From Tubulanus polymorphus (lineage: Eukaryota > Animalia > Nemertea), in the NCBI RefSeq assembly GCF_964204645.1, contig NC_134028.1, positions 10,478,001 through 10,542,000 of the forward strand: 64,000 bases of DNA. The letters are read 5' to 3'. Of this stretch, positions 35,770-48,100 are shown in pieces; positions within the stretch are counted from its first letter, which is position 1; every line of letters starts with the position of its first letter. Position numbers and translations under genes: made by a program. Below the pieces are notes generated by a model that saw only the letters and a list, made by a program, of their open reading frames with translations, searched no databases and was not told where the DNA came from.

Positions 35770-36665
35770 CGAATGTAATATAGAAATACGAAGTTATTGT
35801 ATTGTTCAACGCCCCTGGTGGCCATATACAAAAACCAATGAGCTTGAAACTCACCAAAATCACAGAACAGCTTATAAGCTACAACTTTCTAATTTATTGT
35901 TTTAACAAAATATGCTTAGGTATCAATATAATGTCGAAACCATGTCATGAGCTACAACTTTCCAATTGATTGTGGTAGCAAAATATGCATAGGTACGAAT
36001 GTAATATAGAAATACTAAGTTATTGTATTGTTCAACGCCCCCTGGTGGCCATAAACAAAAACCCAATGAGCTTGAAACTCACCTCGATCATAGAACATTT
36101 CATGAGCTACAACTTTCCAATTGATTATGGTAGCAAAATATGCTTAAGTATCAATTATTATGTGGAAAAACTTTTTTCCCACCTACGTATGAGTACTGAT
36201 GACCCCAAGATGGCCGCCAAGTGTGTCATAATTGCCTGGTCAAAAATACCCTCTCTGATATAAAAGATCCCTTTCCAAAGAATACCCATTACAAATTGCA
36301 ATGAAACATGGCACACCATTAGAAAGCTACAGTACTCAGAATTCAGGCCAAAATTGACATTTTTGGGAACAAAAAAGGTCACAGGACGGCCATCTTGAGT
36401 CCGATCGACCCAATTTTTCTCATGCCGATGGGCCCTCGGGGGATACAAATATATACGAATGATCAAGGTTATTGATAAAAGTGTCTTCAAAATTTCCCTC
36501 GAAAACTTCAAAAATGTGAAAAAAGTGCTGATTTTGGCGAACAACAACGGCTGCCAGTCGGCCATCTTGAATCTGAGAGGGCCAGTTTTTGGCCTGAAAA
36601 TGTGTCTAGGGTAGATACACGTATAAACCGAATATTAAGACATTACCTTGAAGCGTCTTCAAAAC
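35770..36665 (-). mobile_element. HINE-A internal fragment; further fragments at ~15965-16265, 21183-21310, 46500-46910, 48160-48590, 51572-51760, 55324-55520 and 56853-56970
   Basis: Aligns by eye to the 28682-29945 copy. Confidence 0.7.
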
Positions 36666-38139
36666 TTTGGAACTCTCACGAACTATCTAGATGGTTATCT
36701 CTCGACCTCAATAGCTTCAAGACCCATCTCAAAACAACTTTGTTCCATGCAGCATAACATTAACTCTCGGAAAGCGAATTGTATTTAACATTTTTTTGGC
36801 AGAATAAAATTTGATTGAATTTGCAATTCGAGCACATGGCTAATTAGCATATCAAGGTCATACACCCGATTTGCTAAAACCTTTTTTTTCGCGAACCTTG
36901 CGCAATTGTCAAGGATGAATTTTCTGTAGAGCAAATAAAAATTCCTCCCAAACACCAAATCAACTAAACATTTCATAGAAATCGATCTTGAAATACAATT
37001 TTAAATCTTAAAATAAAACCCGGAAGTGAAACAGTAGACGATACCGCGGGTTCACGTGAACACCTGATTTCTGTAAACGAAATGTTGGTTGTGACAAAAT
37101 TGTTCAGACGGTTTTAGGTGGTAATAAGTACGGAAACGTAACGACCATGGTCGACTTATTCGATGCAATCAGGCCTATGTGATATCCAAATTTTGACTTT
37201 TTTATTCTCCAGACCTCCCTGATATAGAAATAAAAAATGTTGGTGGTACGAAAGTGCAATCACAGCGCCGACGGGGACAGAGCCGTGTCAGAGATCGGCG
37301 GAGTGAAAATTGAGGTGGACGAACACGAAGAAGTAGGCTATTGCGCTACTTGAATCGCGAAAACTCCTGGCGCGGCCCCGACGCTTTTCGTTGATTAAGT
37401 AATACAAATATCATGCAATGGGTTTTCACAAAATCTACCGCCGGAATTTACCGGATTTAAATATCACTCCAAAATTCAAAGAAACCTCGATATATCGAAC
37501 CGGAACACTTCCGGTAGATATCCGCGCCTGGCCAACCGGGAAACTTATTTGTTTCAATAGATATTGATAGGATCCATCATCTTCACCCGTCAAGGGATTC
37601 GCACCCACTAAGCTAAAGCCGTGCCAGAATCGGGTCGGGCCAATCACAGCGCTTGTAACAAAGCACATTAGGCTTCTGTGGAATTTCCCAGTAAATGGGC
37701 CAATCAGCGATCACGTAGCGAACGCGGAAGTATTGTCGCGTGTTGATACATGACGTCATGCGCAAAAGCGCCAGTAATGAAATCGCGATAATTCACGTGT
37801 ACAGCTGCTGATATTTTCAGATAAACCAATCACAGGGAAGATACAACTTTCCTGATTGGCTGATAAAAATTGAAATTTTCGCGATTTAACTTTCGTGAAA
37901 AATGCAGAAAACATTTTTATGAGACCCTATTTCAAAATTCTGCTCGCTACGATTCCGAGAATGGATTACGCTTAAATACGTGATTTGTTCGAATATGCCC
38001 TCACTTGGCAAGCAAAAGAGCCTTTTGTGTGGAAACCATGTCATTTAAATTCGCTCCATTTGTATAGTAATAGGCTCAGCCTACGGCTGGCCTAAAAAGA
38101 GAACATTTTTGCATAAAAACAACTGTCACCAACCTTGTT

Positions 38140-38690
38140 TTAAAAGACATCATTATTCTTCAACAGAGCGTTGACGGAAACAGGCATACTGTTGTGTACT
38201 TTCACTGCCCTCACATGTTTGACAGTCTGTGCGTGATGCTTTAGCGCCGGTTCGCCCATACACACACAGACACAGTTTGCATCGAGCCTTGCGGTTATTG
38301 TCTCTTCGCTCAAGCCAGCTTTTATATTCATCTTTCTCCCGCCAGGACTCTTGAAATTTGCATTTTCCCATGATTGGCGATGTAAACCGATTAAAAAGAT
38401 TTGAATTTTAAATATTTTTCAAGTTGCGTATGAGCGACCCGACCGATATGCGGACTACGGAACGGATGTGAAAAGCGCGGTAATGTGGATTCGGCCTAGG
38501 GAACGGACATGAAAAGCGTCCTCTACAGCAGTGGCGAACCTGACGACGCTGAAAGACGTTTACTCAGAAAATACTGTCTATTAGGCACTTTTGAAATATT
38601 TCCTAAAAAACAAGTATGATTAAGGGACCTTATTTTAATTTTTCCGAAGTAAGCACTAATACTGATTTATAAGGACCGCTACGGACCCTG
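38140..38690 (-). pseudogene. hAT element 5' end with an N-terminal Zn-finger transposase fragment
   Basis: MGKCKFQESW...YKSWL...ARCKLC...MGEPALKHH; hAT-like terminus CAGGGTCCGTAGCGGTCC at 38690. Confidence 0.65.
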
Positions 38691-38990
38691 AAAGGGTTAT
38701 GACATGAATAAAGGGCACTTTTACAATATTTCTGGGGGCAACTTTCCCCCGCTAAATACAGCCCTGCCCAGGAGCACTGATATTTGCCATGAACTGGGGT
38801 CCAACAAAAGCCTGAATCTTTAGGAGCAAACATTCAATCCAATGCTACTAAGTACTGTTTAATATAAAATAATTTTATTTACAGATTTTAGGTGTATTTA
38901 CAAACCAACAGCAGTGTAGATTGGTTCACTTACATAGCACCAAAATATTAGTAATTTGACTAGGAACATAGAGAATTTGGTTCTATTTTA

Positions 38991-41900
38991 ACCATTATGA
39001 GTTTTCCGGTTTGCTCGGCTACCCGTACTGGCGGGGTAGTCTAGAGAGGCTAATGAAAACTCCGGTTTGCTGAACCACCCCTCTTTGCGGGGATGCGGTA
39101 TGATGTTTGATCTGACAGTTTCAAGTGGTTAATGGCTGTTTCAAGTGCTTACAACGATGCTTATTACTTCGTGGTACATGGTGGTTTAAAAAAAGATTTC
39201 ATAATAATACGCTCACCGCGTGGGCTTCGAAGAAAGACCACTACCTGTGGCCTTCCCAAATTTTAATTGTCCTGTCCGATTTGGTTTCATCCAATTGAGA
39301 GACTGCCTTTTCCAGTTAGGGCGTTTTTGGATCACGTCACTCCAGGAAATGACTTAACGCTTTTGGGCCCCTTCGTCGGTTCCACATGTTTCATTTGAGC
39401 TATAGACCACAATGGTGACACCATGATGGTCAGTAACTGACCAATTGAGATATCCCCGAGTCTGACCACTTGACTTCGAATTTCGGAAATTTATCATGTA
39501 ATGTTTGTTTTCAAACCTCTAAGGAATCATCATTGCAAATTCATCACTGACCATCACTGACCACCAATGACCAATTCAAACTTCTCGAATATGAAAACGA
39601 TATACCGCGTTATGGTGTCAAACTAGAAAGGATTCGCCATTGAAAATTCATAAATTGACCATCACTGACCACCACTGACCAATTGAAACTTCTTGAAAGA
39701 ACGATATACCGGTACCGCTTTTGGTGTGAAACTAGAAAGGATTCGCCATTAAAATTCATAAATTGACCATCACTGACCACCAGCGAAACTTCTCAAATAT
39801 CGTGGTCGAATTCGAAAGTGCTTGTCGTCGTATTGCTATTTCTAGAAACCAGCAGAAAGTTTTGCTACTGTTTTTGAATGGCGTTGACATGATGGAAATT
39901 TATTACCCATAAATGGGTTACACATCTGGATCACAGCACCTCACTTGCCGCAGTGCGTTATTTTCACTGCATAGTAATGCTAATACATAAACTTTTTTAC
40001 TACTTGACTCGAATCATCTGAACAGTACTGCGTTTGAAAACTCAACGAATAGAAAATGTTTGCGGGATGCGCCTACAAATAAGTTATAATAAGATTAATT
40101 AATCGATGCATGAAAAACAATTAAATCACAAGGTGACTAACACCCGTCTTTCAACCAATCTGCGCGATACCAATTAATTAAATCATTAAACGCATTGGGT
40201 TCCTAATATTTGAAATCATGTGATACAATAGTCGTTCATTAGACTTGGCCACTTTCATTTCAGAAAACCGCGTACTAGACCAGTGGTCACCGAGGCATTA
40301 ACCATTCCTTCAATTTTTGAAAATTCGATGGTAACGCGGATTCTTCGCCTCCAAAAACTGTTTCGTTAATAGTTTTCTTTACATTAAAAGTGTTCATAGG
40401 AATTGAAATTTGGAGCGATATCAGTCTGTAACCCTTTTTCATTGTCAGTTCTTTTTTGGAATTCAAGTAGATTAGTGAAAATATCAATGATGAAGTTCAC
40501 TTATTATATCAAGTACGTTTTTACTGTCGCATGCGAGTCGAAACAAAAAGATCTATCCAACTGCATATGTTCGGGTATAACCTGTGATATCCTTCAGTAT
40601 GTTATGAATATCTTTAAAAATTTGTGTTCTAGTATAATACCCGAAGGTTTAACTATCGGACACATAAAAGATTCGCCATAATCAAAGTTTTTAAGAAAAT
40701 CTTTCTTCGAGAAAGAAAGATCTTTAAAAGAACAATTGGCGTCAAACTAATCCATAATGGACTTTTGTGAATTTATTGAATAATCCACCTGAGAAATTTT
40801 AAGATTTCGAAGCGAAATTTATTCATATAAATCAAAAATGCATAAATAACTTGACGTTATTTGCGGGTCTCATGAAACACTTTCGTGCGCTCTTTTTAAA
40901 TCTAAAATAGCATAAATACATGCGTGTTTCGTTATAAACAAGGTTAAATTCCAAACGCACATGAAATATGGAGCCTGTATCTCACACGATATACACATCT
41001 TGAATTTTCTCTAACTACGTAGGCCCTATCCAAATGGGAATTGTTCAGTTTTTTAACGGCCGACATTCAGAGGCACCTAAAAAACCGGTTGTATAGCACT
41101 TGAGATTTTCAGTGTAGGGCACATCTCACATCGACTCGGCTCGCGGTCGGTGGTTTAATGGGAACACATCTGGTTGTTACTAGTTTAACAGTTGACGAAT
41201 TCAGAAAACTTTTTTCAAATGTCTTTGATAACTTTTTAAACATAGTATTCCTCTTAATTACATTTCGCTGATTCCATACATATTTTTTCATGAAAATTGC
41301 TCCAGTTATAACGGATTTAAACATACATGTAAAATGATTATTTTTAAAATATTCAATTTTCTCCGATTTTGAAGAAATTCTGACACAATATCATCTCCAC
41401 TCGACACATGATTTTACTTCGGCGCCTTTGAAGGGAGTCTCACTTGTTGTTGAGTTCATATTTAGTCAATGAAGAAGATATGCCTGATTCCTTTTTAGAA
41501 TTTAGATTTCGACGGATATCATCAAATTACTAGAAAGGGACAGCAGCTTTCGGTCATCCGCAAAAAAATACCTAAAATGCTCTCCTAGGGTTATGGAAAA
41601 ACATGTCACGAAACATACGGAAAATCCTTTGTTTGGTAGACTGAAATTATTGAACTCTTAAATAGCAACATTCAGAGAAACAAAAACATAAGAATATATT
41701 CTCGCCCACCCTTTAAAAAAACAACGTGATTTCAATTGAAGATGACACGTAGCCTCATATCAAATGATATGAACGCAACAGAGCCTATTCATTCTCTTTA
41801 CGAGGATGGGTCTCCACATTAATAGGATACGATACGAGATTCGTGGGTACGAATGATGAATACAACTGATAAAGCGCCAATTTCACTGATTCTTGCACAT

Positions 41901-44840
41901 AAAGGTGTTTTAGAGTAATCTAGTTAACAGGTGTGTTTTAGGAGTATTTTGAATTTAAACTCAAATCGGGGTTCATGACGAATATTGAGCATTCTAGGGC
42001 TGGAGCAAGAAACGTGTGGGATCGTCAGCCAATGGTATCACCAAAGAAATAATAAGGAGCCAGTCCGTGGTGGCTATTGAAAGCGACGACCGCATGTGAA
42101 TGCATTGATTGAATGACATCTCAAAAGTCAGTTTTTATAAAATTGAAGATGATATATGGATAGGTTATTCAATATATACTGGTAAAAATTATGCCCAATA
42201 TGTGATATAAATGTTCAATTAAAAAGTAGAAACCGAATCCATACTTCAGTCTGATATTGTTATACGTAACATCAAACACTCAAATTTAATCCTTTGTTAG
42301 ATTGGTAGCCAGTGTAGATGAGTAAGAATAGTGGTCCCTAATTTTAATGTGGACTGTTCAACAAGTTGGGGTTTGTGAAGAGATGAATGAGTTTAAAATG
42401 GAGTGGAATTTAGATAATACTGTTTGAATGTCTATTACTCAATCTTTTTATTGATCATAAAAAATTGTGGTAAAATATTTGACTCTAGGGTTGGTTTTAG
42501 ATTGTATCTCTCCACGCCAGAGGTAATCACGGATATTGGACTACACAAAATTCCTTGTGTACAGCTCAACTTTTTAAATCCCTGGAAAAGCTCGCCACGG
42601 ATATATCTCAGTAATGATTAATTTTCCCACAAATTCTCCCCTTCGAAAAACCTAAACAACCAATGTACGCTTGCTCTAAGTTTGCCAATGCACTATTGTT
42701 ACCTTTTCTAGCTATTTGCACTAGCTGTTTGTCGCAAATAGATTGCATCCTCTATTACAGGAGTAAAGGATACAGCTCTGGGACCCGTTTCTCAAAAGAT
42801 AGTTTAAATTAACCATCATCCAATATGATACATGACCAAATACATTGAAAAAGATCAACTGTGTACACATTTCAAATTTCAAACCATGTTTTATCATTAG
42901 AAAATTACGACACAACGTTCGATCTCTCACTAGAGATAATCTTTTTGAATTTGTACACTGAGTTTTCGTATCGTATTATCGTATTTTCAATTCTCTGCTT
43001 TTGAGTCAACAAGTACAAAGTTATTTTAGCAATGAAAATTTAATCGTCATTATAAATGTTAACTATCCACTGGTAAACTTACTAACTTTTGGCAACTGAC
43101 CTTAGATCGTGGAATAGTCTCAGGTGGCCTGCTGATCCACTCTTTATTTATACTACTAAAGAAATATACAGTATAAGACGTAAAAAGTATATGAACATAT
43201 TATTTATCTTTATATCGCGATAATTCGTGTACGTATGATTGAAAAACGATATTCTATCGAATCTCATGGTACTTATGATTATTGTGTATTAGCAACCCTC
43301 CACGGATACGAAGCAGCCTAAGTTTACATCCTACCAAAATTATCCTCGGAACTCTCAGCATTATTTCAAGGGTCGGTCTTAGAAAATATACGAAGGACGT
43401 GTTCACAGGTTAACGAGGCCAAAAATCTTCCCCAAAATTTCAAATTTTTACAAGCAAAGATAATATACTTCATGCTTTTGGTGCAGAAAAAAATACATGT
43501 CCACAAAATGCAAATTGTGTTTTCAAAGTAAACGATTGAGTGTGGAATTGTTACGAATTCAAGGTTTTCCCATTAACACTCCGGTTTTTTCAATAAGATA
43601 AGTCAAACTATTGTTGTGATGGCCAGTTGAATACTTCATCATTATATTGAAAGATATGTTATACTTAATGCATATTTTCTTAGGACTTACAGCTTTCTCT
43701 ATAGGTTAGCGTTGTGATCACTCAAAATTAACCATAAGTTTGAATTCTCACTGATCTACTACATCTCTATAACAAAAATATATTTCATATCAGGCAATTA
43801 GCTTTGATCTGTGGTCAGTGGACAGCAGCTACGAAACATTTAAAACTACTACATTATCATTCCATCTATTCATGTATATATAATATGATATGATATCTTC
43901 TTTGTTCAGTTTAAAAGTCTTGATCGTAAAAGTTTGACAAGTCTCGCATGTTGGTACCGATACGCACGTTCACGCGAGTGAAATGTGCACGTTACAGGCT
44001 CAAATGCGCACGTTACAATTACAAATGGAAACGTTGTTCGTTCAAAACCCTACGTAAAAATCTTATGCATTTTAGCGGAATTTCAAAGTTAGCTCGCTAC
44101 CTACAACAAAAATCGGACAAGACTTTTTCAAGCGACAAATTTAAATGTAAGAGCTAGTAGTACCAACGAAGGATTCACTAAACATATAAATTACTTATGG
44201 GGATTCTGGTTAGCACTGGTAACTGGTCAGTACTGGTCAAGCATTGGTCAGTTAAACAATTTTTAGATTAATGCCCACATCATATTTGACACCAAACAAC
44301 TTAATTGTTTGCAAACAAATAATTTAATATATGGTCAGTACTGGTCATGCATTGGTCAGTTAAAAGACCATGGTCCACGCCACATTTGTTACCAAACATG
44401 ATTGGATTGTGTCGTTTCGAAAATTTATCTGTTGGGCAATTTGTGGTCAGCCCTGGTTCGTTAGGTTCTTATTTTGCGGGCATTTTATCTCGAACCACCG
44501 AAAGACCGAATCACTAATTAATTCACCAGATCGTTAATTGCTGAAAATGAAGATTAGTGTTTAACTAATAGTCCTTGTCTGAACAAAATGTCTCTGGTAT
44601 GGGTCCTATGGAATCATGTCCTTAACTGTACACCGTACTGTACTTTGTACTGTATCTTTTTATGTTCACTACTACCGTAATTGACTATGATGTTTTCAAG
44701 TGGTCTTAAGTACCGCTAATAGCCGAAAGTCGTTGATTTATGTGAAATTTACATACAGCGCCACCCGTTGATAGTAAAACTAACCCGAGCAATACGGGTG
44801 TTAAATAGATACGCTAGCAAACCGGCATTCTCATAATGCT
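38991..44840. mobile_element. Candidate old TIR-bounded DNA transposon relic, superfamily unassigned
   Basis: Ends ACCATTATGAGTTTTCCGGTTTGCT and AGCAAACCGGCATTCTCATAATGCT with TA outside. ACTGACC repeats at 39430-39780 are mirrored by GGTCAGT repeats at 44220-44450. Confidence 0.45.
41920..42350 (-). pseudogene. L2/CR1-clade LINE 3' fragment
   Basis: LTHLHWLPI*QRIKF matches the LHWLPxxxRIxFK motif, followed by degenerate downstream motifs. Confidence 0.55.
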
Positions 44841-45112
44841 TACGTTTATTGAACATTCATTTCGCAGAAATTGATCATCTATTTAGTGTTAACTAGTTAA
44901 TGAGATAATATCAGGGGCCTAACTGGCCGGCCCCCTATCTTTGCCAAGACACAATCACAATCATAAATGATCCATTTTAGTGTGTGGTGATTCTGTTCAG
45001 ACCACTGCTAGTTATTTTCAATTGACTTTTTCAAAGGGTTGGAAGGGCTGACAAACCAATAAGTTTACTGTTTATTTCCAATTGGTTGATTATTCTGTGG
45101 GGTATAATGCCA

Positions 45113-45159
45113 TTAAGAAGCCATCACTGCTTGTTTCTGATCAGTTGATCTTCCTTTCT
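45113..45159 (-). CDS. CHMP6: CHMP6 last coding exon (EKGRSTDQKQAVMAS*)
   Basis: Acceptor ttttacag, phase 1; C-terminus resembles the CHMP6 end (LVAAS); AATAAA on the minus strand at 45071-45076. Confidence 0.75.
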
Positions 45160-48100
45160 CTGTAAAAATCAATGAAAAGAGGTGATTAAGTGACATGGAG
45201 CATCATTCTAGATCCAGAATAGATTTATTTTTTACATCATCAAAATGACTACATTAGTGCTATCACTCATGAAAAATATTAGCTGTCAATTTTCATGATT
45301 GGAAGGGGATAGGCATGATGGTCAGGATGTACATAACATGATCTAAGAAAGTTTTAAGGCCGGGTTCAGAAGAAAAGGCATTTCCCAGATAATGCTGCCA
45401 TTTCAATGGCCACTAGTGGGGTCCCTCCCTCAGTATCAGCCATTTTAAAGAAAAAACCCTGAAAAATTTCCGAGAGGATGTATGTCAATTAATAGGATAT
45501 CACAATCTCTGCCTTGACGAACAAGAGCAACCTCCATTGAAAGGCAAGGGTCTGAAACCCATGACACCACCTAAATCTGGCTCTGCATTACAACAGCTAC
45601 TAACAAATAGCTTCAATGAATGAACATCGATTGTATCCAGGGTCGAGTTCATAGGGTATATTGGATTCGCTGAAATGGACCCAGGCCAAGGTCCCAGTGT
45701 AAGGTTTAAGATTCTCATACATGTACCAGTTGTCCTTTAAACTTCAAGGTAAGTCGTGTAAATCTTGTGGCTGTGGACACCTTAAATCAAATAAGTAGGC
45801 TCTGCTGAAGATTCGATTAACTTGTGCACTGAAATATTGCTCTGACTCTTTAAAGGATCAAGTGTAGTAGTCCATTCATCAAAATTCTTATTATGATCTT
45901 ATTCAATAGTTAGCTAACCCATATACTAGTCAACTCAATCATAGAACATGTCATGAGGCCATCCCAAAACCCGACCGACCCGACTTCAAAGGTACCAAGT
46001 GAAAACTTTTCTTCAGGATTCATTGAAATAAATTCTATTTTTGATAGAACAGCCGACCGACTGACCCACTACCGATGTATGAGCTACGTATGTTTGAAGT
46101 CAGGTGTGCATCGTCTGAAAACATGCCTCTATTGTGCCTAGTTTAGGTTTTCCAGGAAACTGGCAGTGTTCCAATAAGCTGCTATTCATTCTTAGTGACT
46201 TATTAGCTGTAAGCTGAAAATGTTTTTGCGCGCATATATTCAATGTACCGTTTCATTTTGAACACAGAGATGACACTCCAGACGAAGTTAGAATTTGAAA
46301 ACTATTCTTGAAATCTAGGCTATAGACAGATTACCTGTGCACAACGCAGATTTTTGATATTGTTTCCATATAAAAATGCTGATAAATTTGGTTTTTTTGC
46401 CCTAAAATTTTGCAAAAAAATATTTCTCCCTACCTACCGACTCATCGAGAAAACTTAAGAGTCGGTGCTACGGCAAACAGACAATTATTTGGGCTGGCCT
46501 GAGCTACAATTTTGCAATTTATTATGAAATTTAAAAATTACAAATTACAAAATTTGTCTTGGTACCAATGTAATAACGAAATACTAAGTAATTCTACCAG
46601 TCTATGCCCCCTGGTGACTAGATAGAATAACCAGTGACTTTGAAACTCACCACAATCATAGAACATGTCATGAGCTACAACCTTGCAATTGCTTGTGATA
46701 ACAAGATATTCTTAGGTACCAATATAAAGTAGAAACACTGAGTCATTCTAGTATTCAACGCCCCCTGGTGACCATATACTTAAATCAATGAGATTGAAAC
46801 TCACAACAATAATAGGAAATACCATGCGCTACAACTTTGCAACTGATTGTGGTCACAAAATATGCAAAGGTTCCCCGATATAAATAGACAAATTGTATAT
46901 TATTCAATATTTAACTCCCAAATTGATTCCAATTCCATGTGAGGAGAGGTATCTTATAAGGCAAAAAAACGATAACTTGTTTCTCATTCCCCAGCTGGGT
47001 CAGATAAATTAACGGTAAAAAATCGTAAAAATAAAATGCTGCCGGCGAGCCTAGAGTTAATACCTTCTTCTTCCAGCTGGGCGGCTCAATACAAGTAGTA
47101 TATGGTAACAATTTTAATTGTTTAAAAACAGGTGCCAATAGTGTGAGGTCGGGACTCAAATCTACTACAACACTCCAAGTCTAGTATCTAGTCCACTCCA
47201 TATGCATCATTTCGACAACTTGTCAAATGACTGTGTGCAAACGAACGAAGGGGGCAAATGAACAATTATAACTTGAACTCTTGTTTCTTAGAAAAATCAT
47301 TGTTTTTGAAGTTGTAATCTAAAAATAAATCAGAATTACATGCAGTTTGTAGGGAAGGTAATTTATATTTCGTTCATGCCGATGACCATGATTCTTGTCT
47401 TGGATTTGGAGAATATATTTCCATTTACTTTTATATTTTTAATTCATAGCACTTACGTAATTAGTATTGTCACGTGATTGAATCATAACTTCCCATTCTA
47501 GTGGCGTTTCTTTGATATTTACTAAAGCTTATTCTATAGAACGCTTTCTAGCCACGAGAGAAGCCACAGTAGTTAGGAATGATCCAAGGTTTGGCAGAGT
47601 CACTACTAGGCAGAGTCACTTGCTTATTGTTTCCATTCTGGATATTTAGAAAAATAGTTGACATGCCCTCCAAAATTGGGAAAAACAGGAAGTTAGGAAT
47701 GATGCAACATCCGGCAATCAAACTAAACCTACAAGCCTATTAGAATGGTATTTGTCAAACAGTGAGATTTTCTGACAACCATATCCTGTACTTATCATTT
47801 TTCTTATTTTAAAAATTTTCAGTGAAAACTATTTTTAAATAAAATTAAAGGCGGCCTGGTGGAAATATATCAAATCTCATACTTTATTATGGAAGAAGTA
47901 AAAATAAAATGCTGCCTGTCGGGTCAATTTTTGGCATACAGCTTTCCTTAATAAATGAGAAACGAGAAACACATAAATAGATTGATAGAAAACATTTATG
48001 TATACATGTTGTACATGTATAATAAAATGCAATGTTGCAATAAATTATGCGAGGGGTTAGGAAAAAGCCAAGTTAATGGCTAATGAAGTGCTAACAATAA

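Larger units (their letters stand above)
34377..37222. mobile_element. TA-flanked TIR element (Tc1/mariner-like, non-coding) containing nested repeats
   Basis: Perfect 20-bp TIR TCAGGGAGGTCTGGAGAATA at both ends with TA outside each end. Confidence 0.55.
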
